DNA of 64,000 nt. It comes from Oculina patagonica. Taxonomy: Eukaryota. A program made the position numbers and the translations under genes. Under the pieces are notes generated by a model that saw only the letters and a list, made by a program, of their open reading frames with translations, had not been told where the DNA came from and made no database searches. The stretch is from the NCBI RefSeq assembly GCF_052425735.1, contig NC_135768.1, positions 22,940,001-23,004,000 of the forward strand, in the 5' to 3' direction. Below, piece by piece: positions 1 to 13,400 of this stretch. Positions within the stretch are counted from its first letter, which is position 1; every line of letters starts with the position of its first letter.

Positions 1-935
1 TAGTCTGTTCTTGGTTTTGCTAAGGATAACTTTAGGGTGGCGTCACGTAGATTATAAGTCGAAACTCTCGGGTTGAACATATTACAGAGCCAGTTAAATT
101 CTCGCTCGTTAACGTGCGTCAAAATAACGCGTCAGTGGAAATCCACCTATACAGTTTTTTTTTTATTTTGCTTTGAAGCCAGTTAAATTTACGTTCGTTA
201 ACGCACGTAAAATTACGCGACCGTGACAGTGGAATCCACCTTTTAACCGCATTTACATCGAAAATGTATCTATCTTTAATATTGCCCGACCGAGAAACCA
301 CATATGACAATTTATACGACAGAAATTTACCCAACCTGTCAAATAGATTTTGTTTTACTGAGATGAAAACATTTACAGGTTTACCACCAGAGGGAAAAAA
401 CATTATTTATAAATATAACATGATTGTGATGAAGTTCCGGATAAGTTCGCTAAATCCGGTCAGATGTGAGAGACGGTCGTGCAGCTCCGCACTGCATTAA
501 CAGATATTGTCATTAGTTAAGCCTGTAAAATATTCTTAAACAGATCTAACCGTGTGCATACATCATGAAACCAGAATAAAACAAACCTGCTAACTAAAAT
601 ATACGGCAAAATGTCAAGTTATACTCTATGCCCAAAGAAAGGTTAAAAATCAAGGAAATATATCGAAATAAAGCTTTGCAATTTTTTTTATCTTTTTTTT
701 TATAGAAAATTGGTTATATTACATGTAAGACCGTCGCGTAAAAAATGTTGTCAAAATGTTAGTTATTATTTACAGTGGAATACAAATCTTGATTAAGGCT
801 CGAGTAATGAAGAGTTCAGAAAAGTATGATGCGTTCACGGGTTTCAATTTAAAACAAAAACATCACACATGCAAATTGTGTGAAACAGCTACTGAGAAGT
901 ACAGAATAAATAAAAAATATATCAACAAAACTTAC

Positions 936-1261
936 CCAATTACGCACAATCCCAGGCAAGCGAGCCATGTTAACGTTCCTGTAACGAAGTTTGTCGCTGT
1001 AACAATGCTCGCTCGGCAGTTTGGGCAAGTTATGGCGACGGGATACTCGCCAAAACTGGTAGCTGCGACAACATGCGTCGGTTGTTGAATAATGGTTGTT
1101 GTAGTGGTCGCTGGATAGCCTGGTTGTGCCGGATAAGCGCCGGCCGGTTGATAACCCGGTTGCTGAGGTGGATAAGCTGGTTGTGCAGGGTTATAACCAG
1201 GCTGTGAAACTCCTGGACCTGGCGGTTGTTGTGCGGGGTAAGGCGGCGGTTTTTCGGCCAT
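936..1261 (-). CDS. LITAF: LITAF/SIMPLE-family protein, first coding exon (rest of gene not found, probably left of the window)
   Basis: MAEKPPPY (PPxY motif), Pro/Gln/Tyr-rich N-terminus, then the LITAF domain start 'FGEYPVAITCPNCRASIVT...GTLTWLACLGLCVIG'. GG|gtaag donor at 936/935. The second HxCxxC half is absent from the window. Confidence 0.9.
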
Positions 1262-2424
1262 CTTGTTCGCTTTAAACTGTTTGTGAATTAGTTAGTTCGT
1301 TAGTTGTGCGTGGTGTTTCGTAAAATAAGCTCTGACGTAATTGAATGTTGCCAAGCACACGAGAATCGACTTCCGATTATTTACAATAATATTCCCTTTG
1401 CACCTGCTAAGCTTGAAAACTGCAAATTAAACAATTCATGCCTATTTAAAGTCTGTTCTCGATGCCTCCCTTTTATTATTATTATTTTTTCAAGAGCCTT
1501 TTTTTCAAGTGCTTGGTATATGATTGAAGTACAAGTCAAGTTTCAAGGCACCGTCTTTTGTCAGTTATTTCTCAGTGTGAGAAAAATAAAACTTTTTCTC
1601 CTCTTAACAAATCATAAACATGTTTTAAATTATTTAATAGAACCCACTTGTACAACTTGTCATAAAATAGTGAAATGTCACCGTAATATGAAGAAATTTT
1701 TATCACTGAAAGAGAATTGTCAGCAAAACGCCGTAAATGACAGAATTTTTTTTTTAGACAAATATCTTTTGCAGTCGCTTAAAAAATACTTAATCGATTT
1801 TATATACTATCGTATTTAATTTATTTTGTGAGCTGACGTCAAAAGCATTACCCTGATCGTAATCAGGGAGTTTGAATTAATTTTCGAACTATCTAGCAAG
1901 GATTAGCTTATTGGTGCTAAGTTTTTATCGCTCTCAAGATCGCTGGCAACAAATAATTGCAGTTTTCTTTTCGTTATTTGTATAAAAGCGATCATTAAAA
2001 GCGCTTGCTAACATTTCACTAGAGCTTTCACATCTATTTATTCATATTTATTGAGAATAATTTTAATTTTGGCTTTCTTTACTCCCATTATAAACGCCAA
2101 ACATTAGTAATTTCAGTGGGAAAACGAGTAATTTTACAGAGTCCGGGAACGGAAATATAGTGATTATTGACCGAACCAAAAAGAAAGCTGACTAAAGTTT
2201 TCGAGAGTAATTAACATACAGATTATGCGAGGGTGTATTTTGAACGCAAATTATTAAAACATCCACGAGTATTACTTGTCAATTAAGGATTTATTATCTT
2301 TCTATTCTTAACATCCATTTCTTTCAATAATGTAAATGGGAGCTCGTTTTCTTTAGTTTGGCCATCGTCTCTCCGTTTTCTCGAAGCAATTAACCGGTCA
2401 AAGCGAGATATAGGTTTAACGCTC

Positions 2425-2665
2425 GAGTATGGGGTTCTTATGAACCTACAATTGACCTGCTCCCAACCTATCAAGGCTTCATAACTCAGTCGGTAGAGCA
2501 ACGCACCGGTATCGCGAAGGTAATAGGTTTAAATCCCATTGTAGCCTTGAAATTTTTTCCAGGCTAAAAAAAATGCAATTGCTTGAATTGCTTACACACT
2601 GCGAGGATCACATCATTTATTTTATCATTAATTCGCAGTTCACATGTCTTTCATATATTCACTAC
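2425..2665 (+). mobile_element. tRNA-derived SINE-like repeat
   Basis: Degenerate A-box/B-box head at 2475-2546 (ggcttcataactcagtcggtagagc...ggtttaaatccc...gtagcc) followed by a non-tRNA body. Confidence 0.65.
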
Positions 2666-3713
2666 GTCATGGTTATTTAAACTCAAAATAACATGAAAAG
2701 GAAAAACAGAACCAAATGAAGACGACAAAAAAAACTGTGTCAGTCGTCACAGTCCGAGCTTGTAATGTTGAAAATAAATCCAAACATCGTATATTATATT
2801 CTTACTGGCCGCAAAATAGGGGTAAAAACAATAGAAGAACGCTCATCGGGAAGGCAGAAAGGTGGTTGGGGCCGCTTTATAGATGTGGCCGCTTAAAAAG
2901 GGTTTTATTTACAGTATTTAATATACTGACAATAGTTTCAGGACTTCAGTAACTGGCCACTTAATAAGGGGTTCGACTATATCACATAACTGAAGCCATA
3001 GAAAAAATGTGATAAACGGAGAACAAATCTACATTACAAAAAATTTCTAAAGAAATAAGATTTATTTTGATTCCACTTTTCCTTCACTCTGCATACGGCT
3101 TACGACTCCTTCACCCTTCCCCTTCTCCTAAGACATGCTCTGCGTTGAGCTTTTACCAGGTAGGGATATCACATGCTGGAGTTAAAAATCTGACTTTTAT
3201 GTTCTTAGAAGGGTCTTCAAAGATATCTTAAGCTTGAACAGCGCCAGCGAGCGGTTGATTCATAAAATTAACAGATGAAGTATTACTACTACAGGCATGT
3301 TAAGGAAAACCATTTACTATTGTAGAATTACGAAAAAAATTCCTTTTCTGTCAAAAATGGTAGACAAAACGGGAAGGATTTGGGCAGGTCTCGAGGCGGA
3401 GCCTTCTTGTATGCAATATTTCTGAGTACCATCTCTCTCGGTCTCCTTCTTAGTAAAAGAGCATTTTATGCTTCATATATTCTACTTTTTGAAAATACTA
3501 AACTAACTATGTAACTCTGGTCACAGAGCTACTAATAACCATGCATTGGCTGTTTTTAGTTCAAAACAGTTTGTGATGCGATTCATTACAACCGAGAATT
3601 ATTACAGTAAATATTACATTAAAATACCCCTGTCTGGTCGTGACATAAAAAAGGGCGAGTGAGTGAGAGCGATCCTCTTTGAATTAACGTTCAAAAGCCA
3701 CAGTATATTCTTA

Positions 3714-4028
3714 GGGCCCATTTACATGGAAAGAGGATGATCCTAGCACAAGGATCATCCTACTTTCATGTAAAATGGAATGATCCTAGTGCTAGGATCA
3801 TCCTAGTACTAGGATCATCCGAGCGCCATATGTTTTCAGCTTTCAGTTTACATGTGAATGGTTGCATTTGGCCCTAACGCTAGGATCATCCTAGCGCTAG
3901 GATCATCCCTCGTCTGAGATAGGATGATCCTAGCGCTAGGATGATCCTAGCACTAGGATCATTCCATTTTACATGAAAGTAGGATGATCCTTGTGCTAGG
4001 ATCATCCTCTTTCCATGTAAATGGGCCC
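3714..4028. mobile_element. PIF/Harbinger-type MITE, near-palindromic
   Basis: About 95-bp terminal inverted repeats starting GGGCCCATTTACATGG, TTA/TAA flanks, internal ctaggatcatc subrepeats. Confidence 0.8.
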
Positions 4029-4318
4029 TAAAAAATTAGTTAAAAAGACTGACTTCGGCCACTTGAACTCATTAATTTTTGTGAAACACGACGCGGCGGC
4101 GTCCTCACCCATTTTGCTGCGTAGTAGTCAAGAAGTCGCTGTTATCACAGGCAAATTACTATATTATCATAGCCACGAAGTTCGCTATACTTTTAAAAAA
4201 TCAAATATTATGCATGTTGCGCGTTATGTAGGCTGTAACGGATAAAACGTATCTATTACTACATTTTTGTACAACGGCTTCAGTGTTTCATTTGACTGGA
4301 TTTATCAGCAGATCAGCT

Positions 4319-7300
4319 TCATGTCGCAGCTTCTTCTTCTGTAAAATTCACAAAAGGATCTGTCTGTAACAACTCAGCGGCAGATGGCCGAACATCCTTT
4401 GCACTAAAAGGTAAACAAAACAAAAAGAATTGTGCAATCCAGAAACTTCGGAAATCGGGGACACTAAATAATAATCTTATCAACCTAGTAAAATGGCCCA
4501 GCTCACAACGAGTCTCTCGTAGCTCAGTTGGTTAGAGCGCCCAACCGGTATCTGGGAGGCCATGGGTTCGATTCCCGTCGGGGACTCAGAATTTTTCTTT
4601 GTCCCATGCTCGAGTCATGTTGAACACTTCATCTTCATTATTTACTACTGAGCTTAAAAAAAATTTACCATCTTTATTATTTAAATACTGGTTTTCGGCG
4701 CGAGGATTTATGGGATAGCTCTTGGTGACTTAACTGATTTATGACTAGTCAATCCCAGAAATCTCAGTGCCGAAGGCTCGTACGCAGGATTGCCGAATTT
4801 TTTCGAGCGTCGACTCCTACACCAACACATGAAAGGGAAAGGAAAAGTCTGCATTCCATGTGTTCCACGCAGGCCGGAGCTTATCTCTACGTTTTTCCAC
4901 CTTTCCCTGGATGGGATTCTAGTCCATCGCAGGGTTACCCCCGACATTAATTTAATTCGCCAGTACCCATTTATACAACTGGGTGGAGAGAAGCACTGTG
5001 AGAGTAAAGTGACTTGCCCAAGAACATCATGGAATGACCCCGGCCAAGACTCGAATCTGGACCTCATGATCTGGAGTCCAGCACAAAAACCATTAGGTCA
5101 CCACGCCTCCCACAAATTTTTCAACATATAAGCTAGGGGAATTTGGTTCCAAATCCTGAAACAAAATATTCCCTTGTTGATGCTTTTATATATTCTAGAG
5201 AGAAATTAGATGTGGATCAGCACATACCATAGACATTTTTCTATAAATCCATAAGCTAGAGAAGAGCAGTCCCGTGGTGGCTGAACTTCAAGATTTACGA
5301 TCTTATACATTCTTTGGACAAAATCCATATCTTCTTCCATTAAAGGCGGCTTAGTTGTCAGCATTTCTACCGCAGTACATCCAACACTCCTGTGTGTATC
5401 AAAAAAAGTGATAAAGATAAGAACGCTGTTAAGCCACAGTAATGGGAGGAGGAGGAGGGGAAACAAGAGGAGGAAGAGGTGGTGATGGTAGTGGTGCATG
5501 GGAGGAGGAGGAGGAGGAGGAGGAGGAGGAGGAGGAGGAGGAGGAGGAGAAGAAGGAAGAGAAGGGGGAAGAGGAATAGAAGAAGGAGAAGAAGGAAGTG
5601 GAGGAGGAGGTGGAGGAAGTGAAGGAGCAAGAGGAGGAGGAACAAGAGGAGAAAGAGGAGGTGATGTTGGTGGTGGTGGTGGTGGAGGAGGAGGAGGAGG
5701 AGGAGGAAGAATAATAGGAGAAGGAGAAGAAAGAAGTTGAGGGGAAGGTGGAGGAGAGGGGAGGGGCAAGAGGAGGAGGAGGCGGGGGTGGATGGCGAGG
5801 ATGACGAAGGCAAAGAGGATGACAAAGAGGACGACAATTTTCAGATGTAAAATTTATAATCATCACGTAAGTTGCTTTAAAACTAGGAAGAGGTCTTTCA
5901 CTAAAAGTATTATTATTGTTACCATATATCAGTGTTTCTTCCGAATGGTTTCTTGGCTAGTAACTCAGGACTCGTCCAGTGAAATGAAGCTACTGCATTG
6001 TTAGTCATCAGACCCCCAGTGGCAGTTTTCAGTTTCTGTGCAATTCAAAACATGATCAGTGACATTCTACTATACAGATATAAATATTACACTGTACATA
6101 CAATTTAAATACACAAAAAAGTTACGGGTACAATATGTGAAATCTTGGCGGATGTTTCTAGTTTCGAAAAGGTGTTTATACAAAAATTGAAGAGAGTATT
6201 CAAAGCCCTTACATCCATGACTGTGCAGATTCCAAAGTCAGCAAGTTTTATATTCATTTGACGCTCATCCAATAAAACGTTTCCACCTGAAATAACAATA
6301 AAAATAATTGGCAGTTATATTATCCTTTTATATTGCAGAAGGACTACATTTGCTCCTGGATGTAAAATCCCTAGGAAAAGGGGCAATAAACTTTCTGAGG
6401 TTGGACAATTTTTCTAAGAGCTTTTTGTTCACTTTCACGTCTTCGAGCAGTGAAGCTGTTCAAATGCAACTGTACCCTTCACTTTGGACAAAGAAACAAT
6501 TAAAGTAAATAAATTGTGGTACAGATGTTTTCAAACAAAAACAATGAGAAACAAAAAAAGTGAGGCTTCGAGTTTTATTGCAAGTGTTTTCAAGTAGTAT
6601 TTTAAAGCTTAACATATTTTACATGCAATTAAAGTTTTTTATTCACACATTCTATTCAAGGAAAAAACTCAAATCTAACCTTTAATATCTTTGTGTATTA
6701 TTCCTCTGTTGTGAAGAAAGTCAACTGCAGTGAGAATTTGCCTTGTGAACCTTCTGACCAAAGGCTCTTGAATGGGACCTTTGTGTCTCAACAACTCCTC
6801 TACTGAGCCCTAAAATGTATGCACCTCATTATCAGACGTTTTCGAGGAGAACCAAGTTTTTACTTAAAAAAAAAAACATGACAAAATCTAATTGTACAAA
6901 AAAATAGTGACAAACAAATGGTGTTACAGAAAAGTACTGTAAGCATTCAAATGAAATGAAGCCTTCATTTGAATGCTAACACACACATTTTGGTTTCATT
7001 CAAATTTAGTAAAACCAATGTTGTATAGCAATAAACAGTATTACACAAAAGTACTGCTTTCATTTGAATGGTCACACGCTAGCATTTCATCCAGACTTCA
7101 AAGTTAGAACCACCTTGTACATATGTACAGCATAATTAACAGTACCACATGAAAGTACAGCTCAATAGCTTTTATTTGAATGGTCACACACTAGGGTTTC
7201 ATCCACAGACTTAAAAGTTAGCACCACCTTGTACAGCATAATAAACAGTACCACATGAAAGTACAGCTCAATAGCTTTCATTTCAATGGTCACCCACTAT

Positions 7301-10300
7301 AATAATAATAATAATAATAATTTATACATTTATATAGCGCTAAAACTATAAATATTCTAAAGCGCTGTTTACTATAAGTAAAAATAATATAAAAATATAA
7401 AAATTAGAATGAACCTACATACAAATCAAACTAGAAACAGTGTGATTGAAACGTTAAAACGCTTAAACGCGAAATGCTTTCTTAAAAAGGAAAGTCTTCA
7501 ATTGACTTTTAAAAGTCTCCACTGATGACGCTTTGCGAATGTCAACAGGAAGCTCATTCCACAGGGAGGGGCCTGCCTTGGCAAAGGCTCTATCCCCAAA
7601 AGTTTTCAGCATTGTCTTGGGGACAACTAGCATATCATGGCCATCGGAACGCAGGTTGTACCGACCAACAGGCTTGGCCTTCAAAAGGCCAGAGATGTAA
7701 GGCGGAGCTTTCGCATGAAGGGCCTTGTACACCAGTAGCAGTATCTTAAACGTCACCCGGTACCGAACAGGAAGCCAGTGTAGTCTACTTAAGATGGGAG
7801 TAATATGGTCAAATTTAGGGACCAAGCAGACCACACGTGCCGCGGCATTGAGAACCCTTTGTAGACGGTCATATTGGTATTGTGGGAGACCATAGAGTAA
7901 AGGGTTTCATCCACAGACTTAAAAGTTAGAACCACCTTGTACAGCATAATAAACAGTACCACATGAAAGTACTGCTTAAAAGCTTTCATTTCAATGGTCA
8001 CACACTAGGGTTTCATCCACAGATTTAAAAGTTAGAACCACGGCTCAAGAGATGGATTATAAAAGATAGAAGTAAAAAGCTTAAAACCAACAACATTAAA
8101 CCAGAGCCACTTTCATAATACCAAGGGCAAATTACTCAATAGTTACCCCTTCCATGTATTCCAAAAACAAACACAGAGTATTGTGACTTTTCTCTGCATA
8201 AAAGAACTCCACAATGTATTGGTGCTTCACAGCTGATAGAACTTTCACTTCCTTTGAGACTGCTTCTGTTTGCTAAAAGAAATAAAACATTACGTCACAG
8301 AAGTTACATTTACAGGTAAAAATGTGTACAATGTCACTGACCAGTAATACCTAGGGAATAACTAAAAATATCTAATACCCTGTTCTGTTTTACAAAATGT
8401 ACATATAAGTCCCTCAAATCTCAGATGAAAGAATCCTTCTGGAAATACAGTTCCCTCAACCCCCCCCCCCCCCTCCTCGTCCGAAAAAGGCTGCCAAACA
8501 AGTTTTCCGAAGAAATACAAAGTACCAAGCCCAAGCCATATTATCAGAATTTTATGATAGCCCTCTCCATGCTTTACATGCATTGCATGTCTATAATACT
8601 GCAGCTAGTCAGCAACATGCTGCATGCATTGTGTGCTACCACTGACATAACAAAACCCACTCAGACACTAGATAACAGTACAGAAATATTAAAGAAACCT
8701 TGTGTGTGTTCCGCCTTATTTAATTTACAAATTAACTGCTAAAATACAGTCATGAACCTTGAACTGTTACAATTCCTGTAAAGGTCATGAACCCTACTGT
8801 AAGTACAACTGTATTTGCCAAAATAAATTTCTGACAATATTTAAAGAGGAAGCCACATCAGCTCTTAGCTGGTTGTCATATGGGTCCTCTATCCAGGTTG
8901 AACTGGAATTTGGAAATTAAATGTTGGTTTTTCAGGAGGGAGGAAAATGGGAGTACCCAAAGACAAACCCTATGAGTTAGAGGAAAAACCAACAACAAAC
9001 TCAACCCACACATAACACCTGGCCGGAATCGAACCTGGACAACATTGGTGGGAGGTGAGCACCCTCAAGGCTGTGCGATCCACAAATAGTTGTAGTCACA
9101 TATTTGCCATAAATTCTATTCAACAAATTTCTTCACCTGACATTGCAGGAAAGTAGTGTCTCATTTTATAACAGTTATTGATAAGCCTATACCTTTTGTG
9201 TTTCATGATGGTTTACTCCAAGGTCGCACATTTTAACTGCCATTCTCCTTCCTGTTTCTTTACTAATGCAAAGATAAACCTGTGAATTGAACAACAACCA
9301 ATTGAAAACGTTTAGCAAGAGAACTAACTATTTAAGAGTTTAAATAATTGTGGATAAGATGGGAGTATTTTCCATGTGACAGTGTTACTGAGTTTAAGTT
9401 TATGTTCAATGATGAAGATTTTTTACATGTACATGTATGTTCAATCAAGAAGTCTTCAAAAGACCGCAGATTATATTGGAAAGAGAATGCACATTATCAC
9501 CTTAGCAAAACCTCCAGATCCTAACTCTTTTACAGGCTCATATTTTTCAGGATCCAGAAAACGTCCCTCAAATGTTAGCTGTAGTCTCGGAGCAGACTGC
9601 ACTGGAACGCTTGTTCTTATCCTAGTATCAGGACCATGATCTGTGAGATCCTGCCCAGCAGGGCGTCTTGCATTAGCGGATCCTTGCACTTGTCTTGGGT
9701 TAGCTTCTGGAGTTTCAGTTATTGTATCTGTTGACAAATTGTTTGGACCTGAGGGAGGTGGACCACTAGGATTTGGGGCAGCTGGAGCTGGCCTTGGAAG
9801 TGAGGGGTCTTCCATGGTAGGTCGAGAGACTGGAGTGGGATATGGAAGAGATGGGTCTGCAAGAGTTGGGGCCGCTGTAGGTATTTGATGTGAAGGAGCA
9901 GCTGCTGGTGGCGAAACAAGTGGATCCAAACGACCTGGAGCAGTCTGAGGAACAGGAGGGGCTTGATCTCTGAGATAAGCAGCTGTCGGTACAACTGGCC
10001 TTGAAACAGGCGGATTCCAATAACCAGCTGGAACAGGCTGATGCACTGAAAGGGCGGGATTTGGAGTAGCTGCTGCAGCTGGCAGATCCCAGCGACCTGA
10101 AGCAGCAGGTGGCATTGCAAAGGATGGATCTCTGACACTCGGAGCAGCAAAAGGCCTTTGTATGGATTCAGCTTGCTCTTGTGGTTGACGCTGCATACCA
10201 GTTGATAATGGCGGTAATGCAGAACCCACATCTTGTAAATTTGGAAAAGGTCTTCTTTGCTCTGCTGTGGATTAATAATATTTGATTTCTTTCTTGATGA

Positions 10301-10395
10301 TATTGTTCCAAATTGAAATGGGGAATAAAAAATTAAGCTGATATCATTACCAACAAAGACAGTTAGCAAGGGCCAAGGAACCGACTAACCAACCT

Positions 10396-10431
<36 letters not shown>

Positions 10432-13400
10432 TCAATATCAATAAATCAATCAATCAATCAGAGTATTTTGTTGCATTGGTATCCATTTATTTATTTTCCA
10501 GAGTAGAGTGAGACACTGTTAAGTTGCTTTTTTAAGACCTCAACACAGGACTAAAATCTAGACCACTTGATATGAGCATGCTGAATAAACTCTGTGCAAG
10601 CCTTCTGATCAATAGGGTGCGATAAAAAAATGCAAATTGTGCAATATTTTCAGGGCAGCTAATGTGATTAAAAGGCCAATTATGTGATAAATAATGTAAA
10701 TTATGAGATTTTTTTCTGAGGAATTTTAAGCTTGTTTTACAAGGTTTCAGGAGATGAAAATCCATTTTGTGCATTTCAAAAAGGAATAAGAGTATAAAGG
10801 AACGATAAATATCTGTATTGGAATGAAATAGATTATTTTCTCCTCATTTGCGTTTGTTCCAAATGTCAAATGGCTTTCAGTGTACACTACATGAGGGGGG
10901 GGTGTTGTGCGGGGGGGGGCGGGGCCCCCCTTAGTAGAACGTTGAAGACTTTTGGTGACATTTATATGAAGTGTGACTGAATTAATGAAGGCGTATGTGT
11001 TAACGTACAGTATCGAACAATCTACAATGTTTTTTATTTCATGAAAGGATTTAAACATTCTGAATTCTGCCATTTTGCCTTGTAAACTTCAGTACATACA
11101 AGAAAGCAAAGATAGAAAGCAAATTTATTTAATGTGTGAATTTTGTTATGCCTAAGTTGAAACTGAAAAAGGAACTTGCCTGCCCGAAGCTGCCAGAGAA
11201 ATTTTGTTCAATTGGAAACCACATCAGAGGTTTTCCAAGGTTTTTTGACAGGTAAACCACCTTGAAACAATGTTGAAATTGTAGCAAGTATTTCTTTTTC
11301 CTTCTCTCAAATTGTGCGATTTTGTACGAATTATGCGATTTTTGATAAATTAAATGCGAAAATGTGCGATTTGAGGTCTATTGCGCGAAATCGTACAATC
11401 GCATAATATCAGAAGGTCTGTCTGTAACCTCAGAGCAGAACTTCATAATAATACAATTAACTAACCAAGAAATCTCTTTCCCTGGCCTTCACAACTACAG
11501 GGTTACATATATACATGTACATGTACACTGTACGTACATAGATTACATGAACAGAATCATTTTGTAAATTATGTACTTCGACAATAAATGGTAGAGGTTT
11601 ACAGCTGTAAATGTGTTATTTCAGAAAAATATTCATTCAACTCCCATGCAAGGGACTGTTTGGTTTGCATCCCCCACCCCTCTGGAAATTCTGGCCAGTT
11701 AAGCCCCATACTATTCTCTAAAAATCTTGGCTTTTGAAACTTTCCATTCCCTCAGAATTTCCAATGACCTTCCATAGGGTGAGTATGGATATTTTCTGGA
11801 ACTGCACAATCTTAATAATTCACTCCTGTTTTGGTTGTTAACCCTTAAGCTCGAAGAGTGGCAAAAATCAAAGGTCTCCTCATAATATCAATACTGACAA
11901 TCAAGAGAAATAGTTTGAGAATTAATAAAATCATTGCCAAAGGGAAATTGCTTTGATCTTTTTACAAATTCTCCTAACCTATACAATACAAAAAAGTATG
12001 GACATCAATCAGGAGAATTTGTATGTGGATATTAGAGCCAAAAGGGTTAACTCCAGGAAAAATACTTCTATCAATAACAGCCTTGAAGCAGCACACCAAA
12101 GTTTGGTCACAAACCTGTTTCAATTTGTCGCTGTTCATGTTCCACCGCAGCAGTGATCAGTTCTTGTTGTTCCCTTAATGCAAAATCTAAACAGAAATTG
12201 TACAAGTATGTTAACCAACTTGTACATGGGTATATATTATAACAACATTATTTTTATTTCCACGATAACGCCTGATGAATCATACATGTGAATTACAGCT
12301 GATTGAAGACATTTATTCCCTGTTTTGCAGCAACTAAGTGTAAAAGAAAGTTATGCAGCCTTCAAACAGATTAATAAACTATTTTAATTATAAATTAATT
12401 AATAAATTTAATGCTCACCTCTCACTTTTTCTGACAGGTCACGCCTTCCTATCTTCTCCAGGCCCTCTCTCAATGCATGCATCGTTGCATCATTAGTTCT
12501 CCTGTTCTTCCATTCGTCGAACATTGCCACACCTTTTTCTATAACACGGCGATGCTCTGAATCAATGTTCTTTATGACACCCTCTGACAGCCCAAGACGT
12601 CTGCCGAGCATTCGCCAGCTTGTACTCAGATCTTCTACAAGATCATGAACTAAACTGTCAGGAACAACACCATTGTACAGGCCGGTAGGTGCTGTTTCCC
12701 ATGGTGTAGCTATAAATTAACGAAAAAGCAATAAGTGTCATAAGTTTGCAAGTAAATTTGCCTCCAGAGAGAACAAAATGTCATGCTTGTCAAATTTTCA
12801 CTGAGGCAATCAAAAGTTTCTGACTGTGCATTTGCAAAATGATTTTAAAATCATTTAACTAGCATCATGGCTCAATGGTGCTTTAAGTAACTTCAGTGCC
12901 GTGATGTGTTACAATGACTGTCAGCCCAGCAAAATATTTTTGAGTAGTAGGCAAGATGGAAGAGGCAGAAAGTCTTTACAGCAAGTGCAAGAGGTTCTTG
13001 CTTACTAGGGAGGAGCAGGGACGTGCCCCCCAGAAATTTTTGAGTCATGTGTAAATAATTTATTAGGGGTGGCATTTGGTACACCTGAGACTTTGCAAGA
13101 TGGCAAGACTAGCATCTTTTCTGCAAGCTTGAGACATTCTTCACCTTGTAAAAGGAAACAAGTGTCTGAGGTGGCATTGTAAAAAACAGACAGTGGTACC
13201 TGTAAAATTGGGCTAAAATTCTGTGAGATGCGTATGCCAGCCTGGTAACAGACCAATATAGGCTTGAAGAAATACTTTACTGTTGTTACAAGTTATACTT
13301 ACTTGTTACTGCACCTTGGCCAAACTGAACATTTTGATCTCCTGAAAGGAAAAATATTTTTGCATTAGAATTTGCAAAATAAAAACAAGCTTTACTGTGC

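Noticed and set aside
1333-1841. CRE-like sites (TGACGTAA, TGACGTCA) upstream of LITAF
   Set aside because: Short motifs expected by chance; no supporting evidence.
4512-4585. Functional tRNA genes here and at 2475, 46285 and 62250-63570
   Set aside because: Irregular acceptor or anticodon stems and attached SINE or repeat bodies indicate tRNA-derived repeats.
5206-5866. Poly-Pro, poly-Gly, poly-Ser and poly-Leu ORFs
   Set aside because: Translations of an intronic (GGA)n tract; only 5228-5389 is a real kinase exon.
7789-8001. 70-aa ORF MTIEMKAFKQYFHVVLFIML...
   Set aside because: Translation of the 105-bp tandem repeat joined to a LINE fragment.
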